Origin: Myxococcota bacterium
GTDB lineage: Bacteria; Myxococcota_A; SURF-8
Length of the DNA: 64,000 nucleotides
Assembly (NCBI GenBank): GCA_963674735.2
Contig: CAXXQS010000003.1
Coordinates: 1 to 64,000, forward strand
Direction of reading: 5' to 3'
Shown: positions 10,427-19,200 of the stretch, in pieces
Numbering within the stretch: position 1 is the stretch's first letter
Layout: each line of letters opens with the position of its first letter
The notes under the pieces: model-generated
What the model was told of the DNA's origin: nothing
Database searches by the model: none
Seen by the model: the letters and a program-made list of their open reading frames with translations, nothing else
Translations under genes and position numbers: made by a program

Positions 10427-11227
10427 TTACAGCGCTGTCATTCGGTCTTTGGTGAAGTCTGTCGCATCCAATTTGGCTTTGGTGTTGATGTTGCTCGTGA
10501 TGAGTCGCGTGGCTTTATTGGACTGTACGTTGAGCATGGTCATCTGGGTGATGATGTTTTTCCCATCGATCACTTCCACCTTTTCGGTCAGCATGACTTT
10601 CTGGAATTGTCCTTTGAGATCGAAGAGTTTGATGCGCATGGAGACGAAGCTTGTTTTGTTTACCCAGCTGATGTATTTGCTGTAGTTTTCCTTGTCGGGA
10701 TTGTTGGGAGTCGATTCAATGACGTAGCAGTCCACCTCACCCAGCTTTTCATCCGGCAGCCGCTTGTGTTTGGCTTTGCTGACGTCTTTGCTTTCCAGAT
10801 CACCATAGGTGAATTGGGTGCCCATGAACGATTCGCCTTTGCCGGTCTTGCCGCCTTTGCGCAGCGCTTTTTTCAAAACCGGCAAATAAAGGAACTGGTC
10901 GTCGTCGGCATCTCCGGCTTGCTCGATGCTCAGAAACGCCGTTCCCGCCACATCGTCCGGTTCGATGAACGTGAGTAGGGCGCGGCGCAGATCCTGCTTT
11001 CCTTCTTTGACGTTAATGGCTTTGACGCGCACTTTGCGGCTTTCGACGACCGCTTTTTTCTCGATCAGATCCATTTTCATGTCGGCGCTGGCCGCACCGA
11101 AATCCATCACGTTGTGACTATATGATTTGTCGATGATTTGCTCGGCTGTGAGGTCGGCTGCCACAACCGGACTTGCCGCCAGCAGCAACGCAAAAATCAG
11201 AAGCCCGAATTTCCCGTATTCATTCAT
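10427..11227 (-). CDS. outer membrane lipoprotein-sorting (LolA-like) periplasmic protein
   Basis: Signal peptide; F.EP.DVAGTAFL, DDQFLYLP.LKK, FMGTQFTYGDL, CYVIES.P motifs typical of this family. Confidence 0.85.
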   Translation of the reverse strand: MNEYGKFGLLIFALLLAASPVVAADLTAEQIIDKSYSHNVMDFGAASADMKMDLIEKKAVVESRKVRVKAINVKEGKQDLRRALLTFIEPDDVAGTAFLSIEQAGDADDDQFLYLPVLKKALRKGGKTGKGESFMGTQFTYGDLESKDVSKAKHKRLPDEKLGEVDCYVIESTPNNPDKENYSKYISWVNKTSFVSMRIKLFDLKGQFQKVMLTEKVEVIDGKNIITQMTMLNVQSNKATRLITSNINTKAKLDATDFTKDRMTAL

Positions 11228-11296
11228 TGCCGTTCTCCTCCCGGATAGCTCGGACTGGGTTTCTCATTCACAAAGATTTACGCGGTCATATCATAT

Positions 11297-12955
11297 TCAC
11301 TCGGGTTTGACAACTTCCGGCCGTTTGTGCTTGCGTGTCCGGACCGCGACTGCGAGCACCAATAAAAGACATCCCGCTAACGCCGACCATCCCCAGGGGA
11401 AGCCAGCGCGACGTTCAACAGCGGGAATCCAGGCGGGAATCGATTGACCGGCCACGAGCCGTTGTCGATATTCGTAGGCGCGTTCGCGCTTGGTCGGGTC
11501 ATCTTCGGGCTCGGGGGGGTACGCGAAATAGCGATCGAGATAGGCCAGGGCTTTGTCCCTGTCACGGCGATGCCACAAAATGGCGAGGCAGTAATAAAGG
11601 TCGGGATCGGTTGTTTCGTGCGATTCGAGAACGCTCAGCCACTCGCGGCAACCTTCCCAATCGCCCAGCTCATAACGGCTCATGGCGCCGTAAATGTAAA
11701 CACGCGCGGAATCCGGCATCTTTTCGCGCAGATTGTCCATCAACGGGATCACGGTTTCGTAGTTTCGTCGGTAATAGCTTGTTACCGCCAATGTATGCTG
11801 AAAAAGCAGGTTGTCGGGGTCTGCTGCATGGCGTGCCCGAATGGCTTCGTAGGGCGCGTCGTCGAGGCTGCGGGCGGCGACGGTGGAGTGCAGGACGACA
11901 TTGTGAATGTTGCCTGTCAATTCATACAGTTTTTCGTAAATCCGCATGGCTTCGGGGTATCGATGAAGCCGTCTCAAGGCGGAAGCTTTGGCGTTCAGGA
12001 TAAACGTCGCTTCCGGATGCAAGAGCAACGCCTGGTCGGCGGTCGCAACCAAACGGGTAAATTGCTCGGTTTCCAGCATGTGTTCGGTATAGGCAGACCA
12101 GAGCGGTTCGCAGGTGGGGAGCTGATTGAGAGTGGACTCCCAAAAATCCATAATGTTTACATCTTCTTTATTCCGTGTCAGCCACTCGCCGATATGGACG
12201 AGGGTGCGACCCTGTTCTGTCAGGTTGTTCGGTAGGATATTGGATTCAAACAGCTTTTTCCAGTTGGGACTGTCATTCGATAAAACGGCTACCCATAATG
12301 CCGCAGCGGTCAGGGGAACGCTGTCGGGAGAGTCGGATGTTTGGTCAAGGATTCTCTTCGCTGTCGTGAAGTCACCTGTTTGAGCGGCGACACAAATCCG
12401 CAAAGGCAACAAACGGTTTTCGGGAAGCCTGAGATCCTGTGAAATTTTCAGTAATTTAACTGTTGCATCGGTTTGGTCTTGGTTGAGCAGATCCTCCATA
12501 ACCTCGATCAGATCGCCGATGGTGTCGGATGATAGGTTGTCCGGCAGTTTCGGTGTTGCTTGTTTGGCTATTGCCCATACCGAGTCCGGCGCGAGTGAGA
12601 CCAACGTTCGGGCGATGCAATCCAGTATCGCGGTTGAGGGAGTCGACTTGAGGGAAGATGAAAGGCCGATGACAAACGCTCCCGCTGGACGATCGCCATC
12701 CAGTTTTCGGCTGGGATGTCGTAATTGGATGCAGAAAGGAGAGTGGGTAGAACTTCTGAAGCAGGCTTCGACACTATATCTTTCTGCCGAAAGGGTGTCG
12801 AGGTTGAAACTTGCTTCCCCGCATTTCAATTGTTTGAGGCGGGAACCTAATTCCGCGACTGTGGCGGTTGGGAGGACCGGTTCGGAATGCGCGGGATAAG
12901 GGTCGACCCCACTCGATACGATCGCTGCCAAGAAGATCCATAACCACGCCATCAT
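11297..12955 (-). CDS. exported TPR-repeat protein with C-terminal membrane anchor
   Basis: N-terminal hydrophobic signal, TPR-like helical repeats in the C-terminal half, C-terminal TM followed by RTRKHKR. Confidence 0.65.
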   Translation of the reverse strand: MMAWLWIFLAAIVSSGVDPYPAHSEPVLPTATVAELGSRLKQLKCGEASFNLDTLSAERYSVEACFRSSTHSPFCIQLRHPSRKLDGDRPAGAFVIGLSSSLKSTPSTAILDCIARTLVSLAPDSVWAIAKQATPKLPDNLSSDTIGDLIEVMEDLLNQDQTDATVKLLKISQDLRLPENRLLPLRICVAAQTGDFTTAKRILDQTSDSPDSVPLTAAALWVAVLSNDSPNWKKLFESNILPNNLTEQGRTLVHIGEWLTRNKEDVNIMDFWESTLNQLPTCEPLWSAYTEHMLETEQFTRLVATADQALLLHPEATFILNAKASALRRLHRYPEAMRIYEKLYELTGNIHNVVLHSTVAARSLDDAPYEAIRARHAADPDNLLFQHTLAVTSYYRRNYETVIPLMDNLREKMPDSARVYIYGAMSRYELGDWEGCREWLSVLESHETTDPDLYYCLAILWHRRDRDKALAYLDRYFAYPPEPEDDPTKRERAYEYRQRLVAGQSIPAWIPAVERRAGFPWGWSALAGCLLLVLAVAVRTRKHKRPEVVKPE

Positions 12956-13149
12956 ATTAGAATATCCCGTATTTTGAACGCTTCGGCACCCTATCATGAG
13001 GTTACTTGGACTGTCAATGGAACTGCGGATCTTGCAGGTTATGTGTGTTTGCTGAAGGTTTTAATGTCGTCTGACGGTCCTTTTCTAAAAATGGAGTGCC
13101 GTTTAATCGTTTCTTGTCTGTTCATCCGGGGGAAAATCGGTTGAATTGC

Positions 13150-13179
13150 TTGCGATTCGGATTCCCCCCGTGCTACAAT
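13150..13179 (+). promoter_or_regulatory. sigma70-type promoter for the PilZ gene
   Basis: TTGCGA-18-TACAAT with TG extension, followed by a GAGG SD before ATG 13237. Confidence 0.45.
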
Positions 13180-13236
13180 TAATCGCCTTGCGGCATTCAA
13201 TGAGGGAGGTTTTCATCACTCGAGTGAGGGTTTTGG

Positions 13237-14409
13237 ATGAAAAACAATCGTAAGTTCGAGCGTTACGACTTGGTGCTATCGGTTTCCGTCAAGGATAAGA
13301 GCGGTGTACGACCGGCCAAAACGGGAAACATCAGCCGTTTCGGTCTTTTTCTACAAACCGAGAATCCCAAACCGATTCGACAGTTGATCCAACTTGTCAT
13401 CGAATTCCCCCATGCGAAAGAATCCATCGATGCTCTGGCCCAGGTGATGTGGGCGGATCTGGATGGCAGTTCAGAGCGCAGTGGCGGTAAACCGGGTATG
13501 GGTGTGAAATTCTTTTCTATGCCCGATCGCGACAAACGCCGTTGGGAGACCTTTGTCGACGATGTCCGAATGGGTAATATCGTCCCGGGAGAGGCTCCCG
13601 TTAAAGAAAAACCCGCCACAACCAAGTCCGCCGTAAACGATAAAAGCGGTGTTCATGTGATTGGCGAAGAGGAACTGGATGAACTGGAAGAAATCGATAT
13701 CGGGGAAATCGAAGACGAATTGAGTGATGATGGTGAGATCATCGATATCGAAGAGGAAGATGAGCCTCTCTCCGGCGCCGTTCAGGACTTAAGCGCCGCT
13801 CTCGAAGAATACGAAAAGGAGCAAGACGCTCCCGAATCCGTCAGCGGCGGAGAGGTGGAACGTCGTGAATTCCCGCGTAAAGACGTCGCGTTCCTGGTCA
13901 AGCTGGAAAACGTCAAGGCGATGCGCGATCTCTATTCGCGCGATATATCCCTGGGCGGCATGTTCCTGGTCACGGAAATGGAAAAGAAGATCGGTGATAT
14001 CATCAATGTCATCATCGTTCATCCCTGGACCGAGAACGAGTTTCTGTTGCAGGCCAGTGTCGAGCGGTTGGAGAAAGATAAAGACGGAGCGGTCGATGGC
14101 CTAGGAGTGGCGTTCCTCAATATGGACGATCCGTTGCGGGATTCGCTGCTGACATTCATCGAATCCGGCTATGTGATTTCTCGACCTGCTGAGGACGTCC
14201 CCATTGAATCGGCCGTGATCCGGCGTATCGAAGAGGTTGAGAACGCTATCAAGCAGAACCCGATCGATAACAGCTTGCACTTTGAAGTGGGGCTCTTATA
14301 CATGTGTTTGTCCGACTGGGAAAAATCCAACGAGCATCTCGATATCGCGGCCAAATTGGGCTATGTGGTGCCGGAAGATATTCTCTCTCGGTTGCAGGAC
14401 AAACTGTAA
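13237..14409 (+). CDS. tandem PilZ-domain protein with acidic linker and C-terminal TPR-like helix pair
   Basis: Two RxxxR plus (D/N)xSxxG motif pairs (RKFER/NISRFG; REFPR/DISLGG), with GMGVKF and GLGVAF. Confidence 0.85.
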   Translation: MKNNRKFERYDLVLSVSVKDKSGVRPAKTGNISRFGLFLQTENPKPIRQLIQLVIEFPHAKESIDALAQVMWADLDGSSERSGGKPGMGVKFFSMPDRDKRRWETFVDDVRMGNIVPGEAPVKEKPATTKSAVNDKSGVHVIGEEELDELEEIDIGEIEDELSDDGEIIDIEEEDEPLSGAVQDLSAALEEYEKEQDAPESVSGGEVERREFPRKDVAFLVKLENVKAMRDLYSRDISLGGMFLVTEMEKKIGDIINVIIVHPWTENEFLLQASVERLEKDKDGAVDGLGVAFLNMDDPLRDSLLTFIESGYVISRPAEDVPIESAVIRRIEEVENAIKQNPIDNSLHFEVGLLYMCLSDWEKSNEHLDIAAKLGYVVPEDILSRLQDKL

Positions 14410-14508
14410 AAAGAGCCAAGACCCTATTTTCCTTGACTGTTTTGTTCTGGTTTGTTAGGTTTCAAGCCGGAAATCCCCAGGTGTAATCATCGAAAAAGGA
14501 GTCGGAAG

Positions 14509-14895
14509 GTGCGATACGTTCTGGCTATACTCCTTGTTCTTGTGGCAGGCAACGGTTTGATCGGCTGTGGTCCGATTAAAACGACTTTGCTGTTTCAGGA
14601 CGTTACGAAGGAACTGAAGGCCGCCGAGCGAAACGAAGCCGATCAGAAGATCGCGTCGGTTTACTATTACTGGGCGGCCCGGGAATATTTCACCAAAGCC
14701 AAGCAAGAACACGGTTATTCCGACTTCGACGAGTCGGAAATCCTGGCTAAAAAGGCGCTTGAGTTGGCGCGAACCGCAACCGCCAAGGCGGAAACCGGGA
14801 AAAAGCGCGTGGTGGAGCCTGAAGACCTGGAACAGAACAAAAAGGGTGCCAAGTCCAAATCCAAACGCCGTAAATCCAAGGCGCGCAACCGCTAA
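14509..14895 (+). CDS. DUF4398-like helical lipoprotein
   Basis: GTG start with AAGGAG SD; lipobox LIGC; YYYWAAREYFTKAKQEHGYSDF resembles the DUF4398-like partners of OmpA genes. Confidence 0.7.
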   Translation: MRYVLAILLVLVAGNGLIGCGPIKTTLLFQDVTKELKAAERNEADQKIASVYYYWAAREYFTKAKQEHGYSDFDESEILAKKALELARTATAKAETGKKRVVEPEDLEQNKKGAKSKSKRRKSKARNR

Positions 14896-14934
14896 CGGTA
14901 TGCGAGCCTGATCGGCCTATTGACGGAAGTCGCG

Positions 14935-16044
14935 ATGACCCATCGATTGGTTCAAAGCCTGTATGTGTTCGTGCTTATGTTGCTGGTGTTGTCACCGGTT
15001 TTGTCGGGTTGTGCCGCCAAGCAGAACATGATTGCCGAAACCGACCAACTAAAAGCGCGTACCGACCAGGTGCGGGCCAAGCAAAAGGAAGTGTTGGAAC
15101 TCGGCGGGCCGGTTTGCGGACTCAAAGAGCTGGCCGTGGCAGAGTCGCATCGCGCTTTTGCCCTCTACGAAATCGACATGGGTGAATACCCCGCCGTTCG
15201 TCATCATCTCGATTATGGAACGGAACAAGCCGCGTTGGCTTACCGCAAAGCCAAAGCTTGCGAACCGCCGGATCGCGACAAAGACCGGGTGCTCGACGAT
15301 GTGGATCAATGCCCGGACGATCCCGAAGATCGTGACGGTTTCGAGGATGAGAACGGTTGTCCCGATCCTGATAACGATCAGGACGGGCTGTTGGATGCCG
15401 ACGATAAATGCCCGGATGATGCCGAAGATAAAGACGAATTCCAGGACGAAGATGGTTGTCCCGATCCCGATAACGACGAAGACGGGGTGCTGGATATCGA
15501 CGACCAATGTCCGATGGATCCGGAAGACAAAGACGGCTGGGAAGATGAAGATGGCTGTCCCGATCCCGACAACGATCAAGACGGGCTTTTGGATCCGGAT
15601 GACAAATGTCCCGATAAAGCCGAAACCTTCAACGGAATCGACGATGAGGATGGCTGTCCGGACGAAAGCGATTACAACCTGATTCAGGTGACGGATTCGG
15701 CCATCGAGCTGAAACAGAAAGTTTTCTTCGGAGTCAACTCAGCGGTGATTTTGCCCAAATCCTTCCCGCTTCTAAACGAAGTGGCTCTGGCGTTGAAAGA
15801 ACATCCGTCTTTCAAAGTGGAGATCGGCGGTCACACCGACTCCAACGGTCCCGACAAATACAACCAACGCTTATCGGAGCAGCGAGCCAAATCGGTTATG
15901 AAATACCTCGTTACCAAGGGGGGCGTCGCTCCGAACCGCTTGTCGGCAACCGGCTATGGCGAGTCGCAACCTTTAGACACCAATCGAACCCGCTCGGGAC
16001 GGGCGCGCAATCGTCGCGTTGAATTCAAAATCACCAGTAAATAG
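14935..16044 (+). CDS. OmpA-family lipoprotein with thrombospondin type-3-like Ca-binding repeats
   Basis: Lipobox LSGC; four 33-aa D/C-rich repeats; OmpA_C motifs GHTDS, NQRLSEQRAKSV, GYGESQP, NRRVEF. Confidence 0.92.
   Translation: MTHRLVQSLYVFVLMLLVLSPVLSGCAAKQNMIAETDQLKARTDQVRAKQKEVLELGGPVCGLKELAVAESHRAFALYEIDMGEYPAVRHHLDYGTEQAALAYRKAKACEPPDRDKDRVLDDVDQCPDDPEDRDGFEDENGCPDPDNDQDGLLDADDKCPDDAEDKDEFQDEDGCPDPDNDEDGVLDIDDQCPMDPEDKDGWEDEDGCPDPDNDQDGLLDPDDKCPDKAETFNGIDDEDGCPDESDYNLIQVTDSAIELKQKVFFGVNSAVILPKSFPLLNEVALALKEHPSFKVEIGGHTDSNGPDKYNQRLSEQRAKSVMKYLVTKGGVAPNRLSATGYGESQPLDTNRTRSGRARNRRVEFKITSK
15268..15663 (+). repeat. four ~99-bp intragenic repeats encoding TSP3-like units PDxDxDGxxDxxDxCPxxxEDxDGxxDEDGC
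   Basis: Visible 33-aa periodicity in the translation. Confidence 0.85.
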
Positions 16045-16240
16045 GCCTAGATAAGATACTCTCACCATTCTCCGTACCCTGCTGGGAAGTTTTCCCGGCC
16101 AGGGGCGGAGGTTCGATGTGACAATCCGCTTGGCTTCAGCCCGACAAATGAGGTATAAATATAAAGATAACCTGCGGATAAGGGCGTGTGGGCTCTCATG
16201 CGTAAACGGGTCATTTCCACTAGGAGTGTGGGATTTAACG

Positions 16241-19200
16241 ATGAAATCGAAGCAACTGATCAATGCGGTTACGGGTTTGGTTTGTCTTTTATTGCTCACC
16301 GGTCTTTGGGCCTGTTCCGGCTCCGGCGAGCAGGAAGACGGTGATCTGACTGCCGGCTCATGTCGAAGCGATAGCGATTGTCCAAGTGGGATGGCCTGCG
16401 GGAACGATGGTTACTGCTACGATCCCGATACGGACGGTGATGAGCTCGCTTGTGAAACGCATCGGGATTGTCCAAACGGACAACTTTGTGAGGATTATCA
16501 ATGTGTTCCAAATGAAATACCCGATGAAGACGTCGATATCGAAGAAACCGACGGTGACGTAGAAGAAGATGGCGAAGGTGCGATGACGGATGGCGATAAA
16601 GAAGAGGAAGCCTCCAGTCAGGCGCGCATTCAGGTTCCGGCTGTGATTTTCTTTCCGCCGTTGGCCACGGGAGACAGTCACGACGAAGACCTGCTGATTG
16701 AATCCGTCGGTGAGGAAGATCTGCTGATTACCGGCATTAATGCCACCGATTCGAGTTCGCCCGACTTCAGTCCGGTCGGTTTACCGGAATTTCCTGTCCA
16801 ACTTGCTTCGGGGGACAGCCTGAAACTGACCATCCGTTACCAGCAATCCAATAGCGGCTTCGATAACGGCCAGATCCTGATCGCCAGCAATGCTGAAAAT
16901 TCGACGAGCGGCTTGGTGAATTTGCAGGTTCAGGAAACCGGACTGCCGAAATTACGATGTGAATCCACGTCGCTCGATTTCGATATTACGGATATCGGAT
17001 CTCAAGGTCGGATGTTGGATCTGGTGTGCCACAATGATCGTCTCAACGACGAAGATGATAACTTGCTCACCATCAGCCGCCTCGAATTGGATCCCGATTC
17101 GACTCCGCATTTCAAGCTGGACGAAAGCGTACCCAACCGCATTGTCATCCGTTCGGGGCGTTCGGTGGATATTTCTGTGTGGTATACGCCCGCTCAGGAA
17201 GGCGAGCATAGCGCCGAGTTGCAACTTTACCACAACTCGTCCGGTGTGGAGAGCCCGTTGGCGATCGCGCTGACCGGAGAGGGGGGGGGCAAGCATCTGA
17301 GCCTGGATCCAACCGCCCTGCATTTTGGTCAGGTGCGTATCGGCGAGGAGGTACGACAGACCGTGGCTTTGAGCGCTACGGGCGATTTCCCGGTAACCAT
17401 CCAACTCATCGAATTCGAACCGGGCACCAGCGCCGATTTTCGTGTTTATCTGGATGGGCTTCTCGATGACGGCAGTTTTCTGCTTGAGGCAGGTGGAAGT
17501 GAAACCATCGAGGTCGGCTTCAATCCCTCTCAGATCAACCTTCAAACCGCCGATTTGCTGATCGTTTCCAATGCCGTCGAAGGACCGAGCCAAAGTCTCA
17601 CCTGCGATGGTGAAGGGACCGATTTCGATCTGCATACCGATCCCGCAGCTTTGGACTTTGCGGCGGTTGAAGTGGGGGAGAAGGCTTTGGAGCAGGTGGC
17701 TGTCGTGAACGATGGCAACGAAGCGGTGGAGGTGCTTTCGCTCGAATTCGAAACCGCCGCCGGCGTCTTCGGCATCGAGGGAAGCGGAGCCCCCTTTCTC
17801 GTAAATCCCGGTGCCTCACAGACGCTGACCGTTTCGTTTACTCCCGATGATGAAACGGCATTCGAGAATGCATTGATTTTCAACCTCGATCATAACGACT
17901 TTCCGTCTATCAGTCTGCCGCTCAACGGTGAGGGTGCCAGACCCCATGTGGAGATCGAACCATCCAGCCGCTTGTACGATTTCGGCGAAGTGAATCTGGG
18001 TGAGGTTCGTGAGTTTGATTTCGTGGTGCGTAACACCGGCGGTATTCCGCTCACGCTTTCCGACTTCCAGTGGCTGCAGGCGCAAACCGGCGACCCCAAT
18101 CAGACCTTGGATGTGCAACTGGACGGCTCCCCCGATATCGAACCGCAGAGCAGCCGCAACCTGCACGCCACCTTCTCTCCACCTTTTGACGGACCGACGG
18201 GCGCCATGCCGCTGTCGGCCGAACGCGAGTACGGTTTTTCGACCACCGATACGGACAACCCGGAATTGTCGGTCAGTGTAAGCGGAATCATGGTCGATCC
18301 TCATGTGGCGATCGATCCTCCGGGGCCGTCGTACGACTTCGGGAGTGTGTTACCTGGCTTTGAAGCAACCCCCATCGAGGTCGTGCTTACGAACGACGGC
18401 ACGGGTACCTTGAGCGTGACCGACATTCATCTAACGGCCGACAGCGATACGGATGCCATCTGGTTGGCCGGTCTTCCCGATTCGTTCCCCGTTGAATTGC
18501 TCCCGAACGGGACTCGTGCAGGGCAGACACAACTCCGCTTCACCGTACATTTCCTGCCGCCGAATCTGAATCAGTTCAATGCGATGTTACGTATTGTCAA
18601 CGAGGGCTACACCGACAAAAATCTGTCGATCAGCATCGTTGGAAACGGAAGTAACTGTAGTCAGGGTCTGCATCCCTGTGCCGGTGAATGCGTGGCCAAC
18701 GAGCACGTCGATCACTGCGGTAGTTTATGTGACCCTTGTCCGGAAACGGATTATGGCTATGCCATCTGTTCGCCCTTCTTGACTTCTTATGTGTGCGATA
18801 TCCTGTGCGACGAGCATTTCGTCAAGGTCAACGGTCAATGCGAACCGGTGAATACCGACGATTGTTGCGGGGTGGATTGCCTGGACTGCACGCTGAGCCA
18901 CCCCGATAACGGGTCGGGGGCCTGCGACGAGGGGCAATGCGTGGTTGACTGCGACCAGAATTACCATCTGGTGGAAGGGGAATGTCTGATCAACGATACG
19001 GTTGATTGCTGCGGCTTGCAATGCCTGCAATGTCCCGAACGCCTGAACGCCACTCGGGTTTGTGTGGCGGGAGCCTGCGATTTCGAATGTATCGATGACT
19101 TCGATGATTGCAACGAGCGCGCCTCGGACGGCTGCGAGGTCCATTTACCGTCCAACGTCAATCATTGCAATCTTTGCGACAACGCCTGCACTGTCAATAA

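Noticed and set aside
16070-16110. GC-rich hairpin after the OmpA gene
   Set aside because: No U tract and no second copy seen; may be an mRNA-stabilising stem but cannot be called
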